A stretch of 63,921 nucleotides of DNA, filler included. It is 7 parts of 7 records of this genome, joined end to end, with 100 filler letters (N's around TTAATTAATTAA, not from the genome) between each part and the next. Parts side by side here need not be neighbours in the genome. Positions count along the whole stretch, not along the records: positions 21,909 to 33,905 come from SRR31147125_3613; positions 34,006 to 40,662 come from SRR31147125_3626; positions 40,763 to 53,249 come from SRR31147125_3632; 4 more parts are not named here. One strand, 5' to 3'. Numbering within the stretch: position 1 is the stretch's first letter; each line of letters starts with the position of its first letter. Positions 30,461 to 41,039 of the stretch are shown here, in pieces. A model generated the notes under the pieces. It was given only the letters and a program-made list of their open reading frames with translations, did not search any database and had not been told where the DNA came from. The position numbers and the translations under genes are program-made.

Positions 30461-32017
30461 ATGAAAAGGAAAGTAATGCCAAGACATTTTATTCGATCGT
30501 CATTTATTGTGAAAAATATATTAGGAATTGCTATGTTTTTTTTATTCAGCAATTCTTTATTCGGACAGAAAATACGGGATCATGAGGTCATATTGGATGA
30601 GCAGGGCAGATTATTACCCTGGACAACATTTGATAATATTATTGACTGGAGCATGAATTTTATTAATCATTGTCCGACTTTTCAGACAATATTTGGCGAT
30701 GATCCATTATATCTTGTGACATCAAAGTTAAATGTGGATGGGACATTCAGGGAAAAGCAAAATAACCAGGGCAGCAATGTTTATTGGGCTGTTGAGACGC
30801 TTAAAAAATATTATGCTTACACCGGAGACAGGCTAGCGTTCACCCCGGTCAGACTTTTGTCAGAGCGGGTGATGAAATATAATACGCCATTAGAATGGGC
30901 CTGGCCTGGTGTACCAAGAACTCAGGATGATAGTCCTGATGGCGAATATACAGATGAATGGGCTGGTGCCGATAAATTATGCATGGTAGCGCTGGGCTAT
31001 ATGGATTTTTTCAAGTTGACCGGTGAAAATAAATATTTTAAAGAGGCTGTGAACATCAGCCGTGTCGTGCTGAAAAATATTAAAAAAGGTGATGAAAACC
31101 ATTCACCATTACCATTTCGGGTAAATCTGAAAACAGGGGAAATTCTGGATCCTTATTGTTCGAACATGATACTTGTTATAAAACTTATAGATGAATTGAC
31201 AAAGCTTGATGCGCCGATAGATCAGACAGATTTACAACAAAAAAAGGATCTGTTGTTGAAATGGATTTTCGACTATCCTATGCAAAATAACAGATGGTCG
31301 GGGTATTATGAAGATGTTGTTCCTGATTATGAGAATTTAAATCAACAAAATCCTCTTGAAACGGCTCGCTACTTTTTACAACATCCGGATCTGGATCCGG
31401 ATTATACAACTCATGTTCCGGCTCTGATTAAATGGGTAGAGGAACGTTTTGGTAAAACAAAACATTATGGTGCGACAAGTATTCGTGAACAGGACGGGTG
31501 TTTTTTGGAAATGAGCAGTCACACTGCCAGATATGCCTCTATAGTCGCCATGTGGTATGGTGTTTCCATGGATCCGAAAGACCGGGAAAAAGCGCGTGCC
31601 GCTTTTGCATTATCCACATATTCAGCATATAACAAATTTTCAAAAAATGGACGGGCTATTAATTATGTAGGCATTGGTTATGATGAGCCCTGGTTTTCCG
31701 ATTCGTACTGGGATTACCTATCTCATTTTTTTGATGGCATGGCAGAATTGCCGGAAATGCTTCCGGATAAAAAGAATCGACTCTTTAGCTCGACTTCTGT
31801 TATTACGGACATACACTATGGTGAGGATCACATAGAATACGAGGCGTTTCATGCTGATGGATCTGAGAAAATAAAACTTTGTTTTGAACCTCTTGTTTAC
31901 ACCAATGGACAGCCTTTAGAGAGATCGCAATGGTCATTTGGTGACTATCGGGGAATATCCGGTATTCTGGAAATTCAACGAAATGGAGTTAAACATATAG
32001 AAATTCGGAAAAAATAA
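30461..32017 (+). CDS. Secreted hypothetical protein, possibly an (alpha/alpha)6 glycoside-hydrolase-like fold
   Basis: Signal-like FFLFSNSLFG|Q (start may be GTG 30509); repeated YxxTGD/E.Y helical motifs; sugar-cluster context. Confidence 0.55.
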   Translation: MKRKVMPRHFIRSSFIVKNILGIAMFFLFSNSLFGQKIRDHEVILDEQGRLLPWTTFDNIIDWSMNFINHCPTFQTIFGDDPLYLVTSKLNVDGTFREKQNNQGSNVYWAVETLKKYYAYTGDRLAFTPVRLLSERVMKYNTPLEWAWPGVPRTQDDSPDGEYTDEWAGADKLCMVALGYMDFFKLTGENKYFKEAVNISRVVLKNIKKGDENHSPLPFRVNLKTGEILDPYCSNMILVIKLIDELTKLDAPIDQTDLQQKKDLLLKWIFDYPMQNNRWSGYYEDVVPDYENLNQQNPLETARYFLQHPDLDPDYTTHVPALIKWVEERFGKTKHYGATSIREQDGCFLEMSSHTARYASIVAMWYGVSMDPKDREKARAAFALSTYSAYNKFSKNGRAINYVGIGYDEPWFSDSYWDYLSHFFDGMAELPEMLPDKKNRLFSSTSVITDIHYGEDHIEYEAFHADGSEKIKLCFEPLVYTNGQPLERSQWSFGDYRGISGILEIQRNGVKHIEIRKK

Positions 32018-32272
32018 AGAAATTATTCCAGGAAAAGTATCGGTAAGGAAAAGACATTGTGCTTAAAGTGTAATGGTGGCATGGCCATTATTTGATCATT
32101 TTTGCATTTGTAAGAGCGATGTTTGATGAACTATTCATGAATTTTATTTCATGACTCGCTTATTTGGTCTTGATCTACGCTATGTGTGTTATATAAAGAG
32201 TATAAAAAAATAACAGGTATTATTAATCCCTCAACCGAAGAAAATTCTTGTCAAAAAAAAGCCAGAGAGGAT

Positions 32273-33637
32273 ATGATGAATAAACACTCTATTAAAGCCG
32301 GGTATGTTGCTTTTGGAACGATGTTCTATGAACCTGCCAATCTTGAAAAGATCAGCGCGCGAGCGGAAAAACAGCTTGAGGATGCTGGAATTGAATTAGT
32401 CAAGACTGCGCCAGTCTTTGGAGAAGATAAAGAACCTGAGCGAGCTATAAAGGAATTGAAAGCCCGGGAATGGGATTTCCTGATCGTGAATATTATTAAC
32501 TGGATCGATACGCGAGGCGTTTTCAGAGTATTGATGGAATTTCGCAATGAACCCATGGTACTTTACAGCTTTGGTGGTTATACGGATGAGGACGGTACGC
32601 TTATTTCACCGGCAGCAGGAGCCGGGTCAACCTCTGTGAGATATCCTTTGGAGCAATGGGGTTTTAAATTCAAATATCTTTTCAACGGACCGGATATGCC
32701 CATGGATGTCGATGGGATTATCAAGTTTGGCAAGGCCGCCAGTGTTATGAAAACTCTTAGAAAGACCCATCTTGGTATGATCGGATTTAATGATATGGGT
32801 CTTTATACGACGGGAATTAATCCAACCAAATTGCGTGACCAGATCGGTCCGGAAGTCGAGAGTATGGATATGTTGCAATTAAAGAATAAAATGCAGTCCA
32901 TTTCGGATGAGAAAGTAACTGCGGCAACCGCTGACATCACCAAAGAGTGGGAATATCCTCTGGGCAAACCTAAAGAAGAGGTGATTGAAAAAGCCGTACG
33001 AATGTATCTGGCTACAAAAGAACTTTGTCAGGAAAAGAATTTTAGCGGTATGACCTATAAATGCGTTGATGGTGTTGATTTGGAAATGGGTTTGACTCAT
33101 GCTGTCCCATCATCGTTACTTGCTTCAAACGGCATTCCTTATGTTGATGAGAACGATCTCGGCAATCTTGTGGCTGAATTGATGTTAAAATGGATATCCG
33201 GCAAACAGGTTATGTTTATTGAACACTATGAGCACCATCCTGAGTGGATCCTGCTTGGAGAGGATGGTTACTGTCCCAGCGATTTTATTGAAGGAAAACC
33301 ACAAATTAAAGATGTTTCTACTGTTTTGCTTGACGGTATTGCTCATTGTTCGAATATGAAAAAAGGTAGAATGACACTGGCTTGTCTCTCAGAAGACCGG
33401 GATGGTTATCGTATGCATATTGTTAGTGGAGAAGGAAAAGAGCGGCCACAATGGATTGAGATGGGCGTACCGCTTCCACCATGGCCTAGTGTTAAATTTT
33501 ATCCGGATAGTAGTGTCAGGAGTATATTGGACCATGTACAATCGCAGCATTTTGCCGCAGTGTATGGTGATTATGTGGATGAACTGGTCGATCTTTGTTA
33601 TTTACTCGATATCAAGCCGGTACTTGATGTTAAATAA
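32273..33637 (+). CDS. L-fucose/L-arabinose isomerase-like protein
   Basis: GAGSTSV, LGMIG...MG, YKC, DEND, MFIE, GRMTLA and SQHFAAVYGD are FucI/AraA-family features. GAGAGG RBS. Confidence 0.75.
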   Translation: MMNKHSIKAGYVAFGTMFYEPANLEKISARAEKQLEDAGIELVKTAPVFGEDKEPERAIKELKAREWDFLIVNIINWIDTRGVFRVLMEFRNEPMVLYSFGGYTDEDGTLISPAAGAGSTSVRYPLEQWGFKFKYLFNGPDMPMDVDGIIKFGKAASVMKTLRKTHLGMIGFNDMGLYTTGINPTKLRDQIGPEVESMDMLQLKNKMQSISDEKVTAATADITKEWEYPLGKPKEEVIEKAVRMYLATKELCQEKNFSGMTYKCVDGVDLEMGLTHAVPSSLLASNGIPYVDENDLGNLVAELMLKWISGKQVMFIEHYEHHPEWILLGEDGYCPSDFIEGKPQIKDVSTVLLDGIAHCSNMKKGRMTLACLSEDRDGYRMHIVSGEGKERPQWIEMGVPLPPWPSVKFYPDSSVRSILDHVQSQHFAAVYGDYVDELVDLCYLLDIKPVLDVK

Positions 33638-33905
33638 TATCTTTAGCGGTTATTTTCAATATATATGTTATACAGGGTTATTGTTTAAACTTGATATTAC
33701 AGCATAGATATGCATGATGTATGGAAAGCTGAAAACTCGAATTCATGATTTGATTATCAGCTTTCCAGAATTCTTTCACAGCTGCAATTGATGGAACATT
33801 TTATTTAAAGCATCATTGGACCGAACCTACCGAATAAAAATTTTCCAGATCTGTTATTTGTCAATATCTTCTCACAGCATTAAAGACCTATAGCCACTGC
33901 ACAAT

Positions 33906-34005
33906 NNNNNNNNNNNNNNNNNNNNNNNNNNNNNNNNNNNNNNNNNNNNTTAATTAATTAANNNNNNNNNNNNNNNNNNNNNNNNNNNNNNNNNNNNNNN
34001 NNNNN
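33906..34005. other. Artificial contig spacer
   Basis: N44-TTAATTAATTAA-N44. Confidence 0.99.
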
Positions 34006-34694
34006 GGGCCGTTCTTTTTAACATACTCTCTCGCTTTTTTCGTTTCTTCGTATACACCGATCACATCATTTCCGTCGATTGTCTTGCCCTTGATACCGTA
34101 TGAAGACGCACGAACCGAAATATCCTCGATATTCATCGAATCTACTTTGCACACGGACATGCCGTATTTGTTATCTTCACACACAAAGAGTACGGGAAGT
34201 TTCCATACCGACGCAAGGTTGATAGCTTCGTGGAATGTACCCTGATTCGTCGCACCGTCGCCGAAGAAACAAACAACGATACGTTCGATGTTCTTCATCT
34301 GAGTTGTCATTCCCGCACCGACAGCTAACGGTATACCGCCGCCGACCACGCCGTTAGCGCCGAGGTTGCCGCCGTTGAGATCGGCAATATGCATTGATCC
34401 GCCCTTGCCTTTACAGTAGCCGTCTTCTTTGCCAAGAAATTCTGCCATCATGCGATTGATATCGATGCCTTTTGATATACACTGCCCATGCCCTCTGTGT
34501 GTACTGGCGATTAGGTCTTGCGGTTCGAGTGCACTGCATACACCGGTCGCCGTGGCTTCTTCACCAACGTACAGGTGCGTTGTGCCATGCACCATACCCA
34601 TCGAAAAGAAATACGCCACTTTCTCTTCAAAATAACGTGTCAGCAGCATTTTTTCGTACATGTCTGTCAACTTTTCCTTGCTTATCTTTGCCAT
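34006..34694 (-). CDS. TPP-dependent pyruvate/acetoin dehydrogenase-type E1 alpha subunit, truncated
   Basis: GTTHLYVGEEA, STHRGHG, GKGGSMH, FFGDGATNQG...N (TPP motif). Confidence 0.92.
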
Positions 34695-34751
34695 GATATC
34701 CTCTCTAATTTAAAGTTTATTTTAACCTTATATTGAGCATTTACAATAAGG

Positions 34752-35516
34752 TCATATCAACATCCCACCGGAGATATCGACACATGCACCGGAGACTAAT
34801 TCGCATTGCTCAGACGCTAAAAATGCAACCATGTTGCCTATTTCAACTGGATCTGATAACCGTTGAATTCTTATACGCCGCATATAATCCTCATATACGC
34901 TTGTTTCGTTTAGTTTGTCTTCCATCATTGCTGTTTTTATAACACCCGGCGCAACACCATTTACGGTAATGCCTTCTTTTGCAACCTCATTCGCCAAGCA
35001 CTTTGTCAACATCAGCATTCCGGATTTAGAAACAGCATAATGTCCGTGTCCCACCGATGTAACTGAGTATGCAGCTTTTGAAATGACATTTACAATATGC
35101 CCACGTATACGTGCTTCTAAAAAGTGGTTAACAATACGTTTGCTAATTTTGAACGCTGCAGTAAGATTTATATCAATTACTTTTTGCCATTCACTATCTT
35201 TCATGTCTTTTAATAAACTTGTAGGCCTGATTGCGGCATTGTTGACAAGTATATCAATCTGTCCATATCGATCAATTGTTTTACTAATTAAGGTATTAAT
35301 ATCATCAGTATTGGTAATGTCTCCATATATCGCACTGTTATCCGTCTTATGTTTTTCATTTAACTCATCAATAAATGCTAAAACGTTTATCTTATCCTCA
35401 ATAAAATTGATTACAACATTTGCACCTTCACTTGCCATAACAGAACATATGCCTTTGCCAACACCAGATCCACCTCCTGTAATAATCACCGTTTTGCCTT
35501 TCAAGCATAAATCCAT
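34752..35516 (-). CDS. SDR family oxidoreductase (FabG-like)
   Basis: TGGGSGVG, NNAA, YAVSK, VNGVAPG. Confidence 0.9.
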   Translation of the reverse strand: MDLCLKGKTVIITGGGSGVGKGICSVMASEGANVVINFIEDKINVLAFIDELNEKHKTDNSAIYGDITNTDDINTLISKTIDRYGQIDILVNNAAIRPTSLLKDMKDSEWQKVIDINLTAAFKISKRIVNHFLEARIRGHIVNVISKAAYSVTSVGHGHYAVSKSGMLMLTKCLANEVAKEGITVNGVAPGVIKTAMMEDKLNETSVYEDYMRRIRIQRLSDPVEIGNMVAFLASEQCELVSGACVDISGGMLI

Positions 35517-35677
35517 TCTTTACCTCACTGGCGTATAAGATTACCAGCATCGTATCATTCGTTAACCTATATATTAACAATTTCCAATCTTTAGCAAGGA
35601 TCGTTACAACACCATGACGATTTTAAATAGTAACCGACACAGATGATTGATCAGCAAGCGTATAAATAACTCTGGCT

Positions 35678-36316
35678 TTATTTCTGACCGACGCTTTTAA
35701 ACACTTCCACTGCAATATCCGATTGTTCCTGTGTCAATACAGCTGGTTCTGCAACCGCTTTTGCTGTCAAATAAGTTTTTGCCACGTCTTCCATGTACAC
35801 TGCCGCATAAAGTGCTTCTTTTAGATTACCACCAACCGTAATCACGCCGTGGTGTTTTAAGATCACTGCGCGTTTACCATTGATATGTTTGACCGTTTCG
35901 ATCCCCATTTCCAAGCTGGCGGCAGAGCTATACGGTGCAACATTTACTTCTCCGAGCGTAACGTTCGACAGGGTCGTCGTCACAACCGGCAGCTTATCCG
36001 CTATCAACCCAACCGCAGTCGCATAATTCTGATGCGTATGAATAATGGCATTGACTTCGGGCATGTGCTTATAGATATAGACAAGCGCAACGGTATCAAC
36101 CGACGGTTTCATTTTTCCTTCTTTCACATTGCCGTCCGCGTCAATCAACAGAACGTCTTCTTCACTCATCGTCTCATAGTATGTACCGGACGGAGTAACT
36201 AAGATATCCCCGTTCTCCAGCCGCATGCTAACATTACCTCCAGCCAACGCAATCAGTCCGTAATTTTTAATTGCCATCGCCGTATCAATAACCGCTCTTT
36301 TCTCTTTTTCGTACAT
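35678..36316 (-). CDS. Class II aldolase/adducin family protein (FucA-like)
   Basis: GGNVS, VTPSG, PS, AIIHTH, ILKHHG. RBS supports start 36316. Confidence 0.9.
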   Translation of the reverse strand: MYEKEKRAVIDTAMAIKNYGLIALAGGNVSMRLENGDILVTPSGTYYETMSEEDVLLIDADGNVKEGKMKPSVDTVALVYIYKHMPEVNAIIHTHQNYATAVGLIADKLPVVTTTLSNVTLGEVNVAPYSSAASLEMGIETVKHINGKRAVILKHHGVITVGGNLKEALYAAVYMEDVAKTYLTAKAVAEPAVLTQEQSDIAVEVFKSVGQK

Positions 36317-36400
36317 ATGTTCTCCTCGCCTAAAATATAAACTCTTATTTAAACCCAAAACACTTCTCAGTAGCATTTTGACACAGTCTTTATTTGCGCA

Positions 36401-37129
36401 TCAACCGTCCTGCATCGTGTCAGTAATAATGATTTCCCGGAGAGACACTGCCTGCGGCAATTCATAAGCGAACTTAATGGTTTGTGCGACATCCTTCGCC
36501 GTAATGTTTACTGCTCCTGTTGTTTTCTTCCACTCATGATACCCATCAATGATGCTTTGATCCGTCGTGTGTTCTATCAATTCGGTTGCAACCGCGCCAG
36601 GGTAAATTGACAAGACCCTCACATTATAAGGCGACATATCCGCTCTAGCCACGCGGGTAATACCCGTCACACCAAATTTACTGGCGCAATAAGCGCCATG
36701 ATTCACATACGGCAGCACACCCGCAATAGACGATACGTTCATAATCGTGCCGTGCTTTCGTTCTTTCATATGGTTCATTACGATCTGCATTCCATTCATC
36801 ACGCCTATTACATTGACATCGAGCATTTGCTTGAGCTGCTGTGTATCCTGAGTGGACAAGTCGCCAAGAAGCATAACTCCGGCGTTGTTGACCATGAAAT
36901 CCGTTTTCCCATACACGTCTTCCGCTTCTCTGACAGCAGCTTCAAACGACTCTCGATGAGTAACGTCTACTTTTCTACATATCGTGTTTGGAAAATTCAG
37001 CGCTTCCATTCTCTCCACTCTTCTTGCTAGGAGAAGTAACGGGTATCCGGATTCAGAAAATAACTTTGCCAACTCCATCCCAAATCCCGAGCTCGCACCA
37101 GTAATTACGACCAGTTTCTTCATTTGCAC
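36401..37129 (-). CDS. SDR family oxidoreductase (YdfG-like)
   Basis: TGASSGFG, NNAG, YCASK, IYPGAV. Confidence 0.9.
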   Translation of the reverse strand: MQMKKLVVITGASSGFGMELAKLFSESGYPLLLLARRVERMEALNFPNTICRKVDVTHRESFEAAVREAEDVYGKTDFMVNNAGVMLLGDLSTQDTQQLKQMLDVNVIGVMNGMQIVMNHMKERKHGTIMNVSSIAGVLPYVNHGAYCASKFGVTGITRVARADMSPYNVRVLSIYPGAVATELIEHTTDQSIIDGYHEWKKTTGAVNITAKDVAQTIKFAYELPQAVSLREIIITDTMQDG

Positions 37130-37417
37130 TACCTTACTTTCCGTTATTTTTAGTTAAACAAAAGACTGCGCCATCACTTTTTGGATACTACATAATATAC
37201 TATCTATGATCTTGGCATCAGTAAATACGTCTATTTCTATCATTGGTGCAGTTTTTCCACCTATCGTGGTCAACTCACCATCACGTTGCTGAGTTGTAAG
37301 ATATCCACATTATTAAACCTGTATAATGCACACCAGAAATAGAAATTCTCACATTGTTACGTCATTATTGTTAAATTATAATTAATATGTGTATTTTAAA
37401 TATTAGGAGAGATATAT

Positions 37418-38968
37418 ATGTTTTATGTTGGAATCGATATTGGAACAACTGGTTCAAAAGCAATTATTTTTGATGTAAAAGGAAATGTAATGGGCTCTGA
37501 TTATCGTGAGTATGGTTGCACATATCCACACCCAAATTGGGTGGAGATATCAGGCAAAAACATGATCGGCGAGACCTTAAGTGCATGCAAAAAGGCAATT
37601 GTGCAATCCAGAATAGATGTAAGCAAGATTGTTTCAATCGGTTTCTCTACTCAAAGAGCAACTTTTGGGCTTGTTGATAAAGACGGAACGCTAATTGATG
37701 ATATTTTCTACAGTTGGCAAGACAACAGAGCGACAGACGCTGTTGAGTTTATGCTTGATAAATGCCCGGAGGTCGAATCCGTTACAATTTCCGGCATGCC
37801 TGTAACAACAACATACTCTGCATCAAAAATGATTTGGGTAAAGAAACACCAGCCTGAAAAATACGCGTCGATTTATAAAATGGTACTTATTCAAGATTAC
37901 TTAACAAAGATGCTTGGTGCAGATGACTATTACTGCGATAGGGGGAGCGCTGCTGTCACTGGTTTACTTGATGTCCGCGAAGGTAAATGGAGTCAAAAGC
38001 TCATCGATGCATATGAGCTCGATATGGATCATATGCCGTGCCTGGTACCTCCTGCTTATCAAATTGGAACGATCAGCGAAGAAGGTTCCACGCTCAGCGG
38101 CTTGCCTGTTGGTTTACCATTATGTACAGGAACAGGCGATCAGCAATGCGGCGTGATCGGTGCCGGAGCTGTCCGGCAAGGTATGGGAACGATGACAGTC
38201 GGCACTGCCGGGTTCTTGATCTCTTTCCTTGATAAACCAGCACTTGGCGAGCCCTTCAAATCCATGATGTCTGTTGAAGCCGGAGACGCGGGGAAGTATG
38301 AAATTGAAGGGATTATGCTAGGGGCAGCGTCAAATTATAAATGGTTCCGAGATACTTGTTGTCAACTTGAAAAGGAAATTGGCGCCGAGAAAGGCATTGA
38401 TCCGTACGTACTAATGGATGAGTATGTAAAAGACACCAGTGTGGGCGCAAACGGCGTCATCACACTGCCGCACCTCGGAACAGCCGGTTGCCCTTTTTGG
38501 AATGTAGAAGCTTCCGGCGTAATTGCTGGCCTGACTTTTTCACATACGAAAGGCGATGTTGCCAGATCATTTATGGAGGGGATTATTTTTGAAATACGCA
38601 ACATGTATGGCGCAATGAAAGCTGCTGATGTTGTTTTCGACGAGATTATTATAACAGGTGGCGCAACAAAATCTCCAACGTGGCGTCAAATCATGGCCGA
38701 TGTGATGAACACAAAAGTAAAAACTCTGGTTGTCAGCGACGCAACTGTTCTTGGCGCTGCAATCCTAGGTGCTGTCGGCGCAGGAATTTACAATTCTGTA
38801 CAAGAATGTGTGAAAGTACTTGTTAAGTTTGATAAGGTTATAGAGCCAATCCAAGAGAACGCTAAGAAGTATGATGCTGTTTTCGAGGCTTACTTGAAGC
38901 TATATCATGCGCTTGATAGAGGTGGCGCATTTTCCGCTCTATCAAACATTAATAAAGGCATTTTTTAA
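37418..38968 (+). CDS. FGGY family carbohydrate kinase (xylulokinase-like)
   Basis: VGIDIGTTGSK, SWQDNR, GTGDQQ, TGGATKS. Confidence 0.92.
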   Translation: MFYVGIDIGTTGSKAIIFDVKGNVMGSDYREYGCTYPHPNWVEISGKNMIGETLSACKKAIVQSRIDVSKIVSIGFSTQRATFGLVDKDGTLIDDIFYSWQDNRATDAVEFMLDKCPEVESVTISGMPVTTTYSASKMIWVKKHQPEKYASIYKMVLIQDYLTKMLGADDYYCDRGSAAVTGLLDVREGKWSQKLIDAYELDMDHMPCLVPPAYQIGTISEEGSTLSGLPVGLPLCTGTGDQQCGVIGAGAVRQGMGTMTVGTAGFLISFLDKPALGEPFKSMMSVEAGDAGKYEIEGIMLGAASNYKWFRDTCCQLEKEIGAEKGIDPYVLMDEYVKDTSVGANGVITLPHLGTAGCPFWNVEASGVIAGLTFSHTKGDVARSFMEGIIFEIRNMYGAMKAADVVFDEIIITGGATKSPTWRQIMADVMNTKVKTLVVSDATVLGAAILGAVGAGIYNSVQECVKVLVKFDKVIEPIQENAKKYDAVFEAYLKLYHALDRGGAFSALSNINKGIF

Positions 38969-38992
38969 TTCCAATTTCAATATTAAGTGGTT

Positions 38993-39026
38993 CTAAGTGT
39001 ACAGTAAATACTGTGCACCTAGTTTT
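38993..39026. terminator. Hairpin terminator between convergent genes
   Basis: CTAAGTGTACAGTA-AA-TACTGTGCACCTAG-TTTT. Confidence 0.65.
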
Positions 39027-39078
39027 ACTATAGTTCTAAACGTACTCTGTCCGAATTTGAATGCATCTTCTTAATTCA

Positions 39079-40458
39079 CTACTCTATAATTGGAACGATT
39101 ATCTCAACATTGGTTTTTTCCCCCTCAATACTTTGGATTCTAAGACCAAACTCGTCACCATAGTATAGTTTTATCCTTTGGTTAACGACATAAAGCCCGA
39201 TACTCTGCTTTTTATCGCTGTTGTCTTTCGCAATGCTGACCTGCCCAAGATAGAGGTTTTTGTTAATAACCTTTAAGCGCTCTATCGGAATCCCCAAGCC
39301 GTCATCAATAATGTTGATCGACAATCTTGTATCTGTCGCAAAGACTTTGATCGTAACCTTTCCCTTATTTTTCTTCTTCTCTAGACCATGATAAACAGCA
39401 TTTTCAACAATCGGCTGAATGGTAAGTTTCGGTATCTTGAAGTTCAATATATCCTTATCCATTTGCTCATCAATATCAATTTTAAATCTCAGCTTTTCAC
39501 CAAATCTCGTTTTCTGTATTTTGATATAGTTCTGAACGTTTTCAAATTCTTCGGCGAGGGTGACCATGTCATTGTTTATATTAATGCAATATCTTAAACA
39601 TTTCGCCAACGCTTGTGTCATATCCGCTATCGAATCCATTCCTTCCCACAGGGCTTGTCCTCTAATTGTATCCAGCGTATTATATAGAAAGTGCGGATTA
39701 ATCTGACCCTGAAGTGCATTCAGCTCCGCCTGCTTTCTTAGAATAGTCTCATTATATTCTTTTTCAATTAGTTCTTTGAGCATAATAATAATCTGTTCAA
39801 ACCTGCTGGTTTGCGGGTGTGCTTTAATCATGACAGTAAAATCACGTCCGGGTGTATATCCTTCTTCTAAAATCTCCTCTATCTGGTTTTCAATCTTAAT
39901 GATTGGTTCATAAAACGCATTTTTCAAAACCCAGAATAGTATATAGAGCAGTACGCTGACGACCACGTTTAAAACAATAATCCCTGAGACAATCTGCGGG
40001 GAAACGTTTTTCACAAGTTCGTTTGGGACTTCTGCGATATAATACTTATCAATATCACTATAATACCGATAATAATAGGTGTACTCTCCTCCTGCAACTC
40101 GGCCGGAAGCGTCAGCAATCATATCAACGTCAAAGGGTAGCTGCCTGCCATTTATTTCGATATAGTTGTTATCAATGATAAATAAGTTTCTATAGTATTC
40201 ATTGTTTTCACCAAAAAAAACGACCCGTTCTTTTTGGTCGTCAATGCTTTCATCTCCCAAAGTGAATTGGATCTTCGTCTTATCTAATACCATTTCCATG
40301 ATCATATCGATATATTCGCTGTGCAGCGCTCTTGCGATCATAATACTAGCAGAAATGGAGACCACAATATGGGTAACCACCACGAGAATTATTTTGATTA
40401 TGATAGCCAGCTTCGAATTCCAAACCCAGCTTTTTTCTTCTTTTAAACCAATTGCCAT
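39079..40458 (-). CDS. YesM/LytS-type sensor histidine kinase
   Basis: Two TM segments, LQGQINPHFLYNTL, IQPIVENAVYHG, DDGLG, IGL. Confidence 0.92.
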   Translation of the reverse strand: MAIGLKEEKSWVWNSKLAIIIKIILVVVTHIVVSISASIMIARALHSEYIDMIMEMVLDKTKIQFTLGDESIDDQKERVVFFGENNEYYRNLFIIDNNYIEINGRQLPFDVDMIADASGRVAGGEYTYYYRYYSDIDKYYIAEVPNELVKNVSPQIVSGIIVLNVVVSVLLYILFWVLKNAFYEPIIKIENQIEEILEEGYTPGRDFTVMIKAHPQTSRFEQIIIMLKELIEKEYNETILRKQAELNALQGQINPHFLYNTLDTIRGQALWEGMDSIADMTQALAKCLRYCININNDMVTLAEEFENVQNYIKIQKTRFGEKLRFKIDIDEQMDKDILNFKIPKLTIQPIVENAVYHGLEKKKNKGKVTIKVFATDTRLSINIIDDGLGIPIERLKVINKNLYLGQVSIAKDNSDKKQSIGLYVVNQRIKLYYGDEFGLRIQSIEGEKTNVEIIVPIIE

Positions 40459-40463
40459 AAAAT

Positions 40464-40662
40464 CTAAATATGATACTGTCGATATTCTTTTGGTGTCGTA
40501 CTGGTAATTTTCTTGAACAACTTACTAAAATGCTTCGGATCAGAAAACCCAACTTTACTTGCAACTTGACCGATACTATATTTATTCTCCTTTAAGAGTT
40601 CTTTTGAAACATCTATCCGCACAGAATTAACATATTCAACAAATCCTATCCCCACTTCTTTT
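40464..40662 (-). CDS. AraC-type HTH C-terminus (probably a YesN-like response regulator), truncated
   Basis: GIGFVEYVNSVRI...VASKVGFSDPKHFSKLFKK...TPKEYR. Confidence 0.88.
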
Positions 40663-40762
40663 NNNNNNNNNNNNNNNNNNNNNNNNNNNNNNNNNNNNNN
40701 NNNNNNTTAATTAATTAANNNNNNNNNNNNNNNNNNNNNNNNNNNNNNNNNNNNNNNNNNNN
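40663..40762. other. Artificial contig spacer
   Basis: N44-TTAATTAATTAA-N44. Confidence 0.99.
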
Positions 40763-41029
40763 AGTATAATAACAGTTATCTCTTATCACCATACTCCAGA
40801 AGTAACATTCGATACTGAAGAGAGTATTTTAACTTGTATTATAAGTGTTGCAGATGCACTTGTAAGACTGAGAAAAATAGGAAATAGTGGTAATTATGCT
40901 AAACCAACTCTTAGCAAGAAAGTATTAACTATGCTTAAACTTAAAAAGGAAGACTTAACTGTTGTAATTAGAAAATTGGAAGAAGAGCTTGAAAAGGCAG
41001 AATCATTTTTAGAATTAAATAAAGATTAG
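40763..41029 (+). CDS. HDOD domain protein, C-terminal fragment
   Basis: Manual translation: SIITVISYHHTP...LTCIISVADALVRLRKIGNSGN...ESFLELNKD*. Confidence 0.7.
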   Translation, partial: SIITVISYHHTPEVTFDTEESILTCIISVADALVRLRKIGNSGNYAKPTLSKKVLTMLKLKKEDLTVVIRKLEEELEKAESFLELNKD

Positions 41030-41039
41030 GAGAATAATT

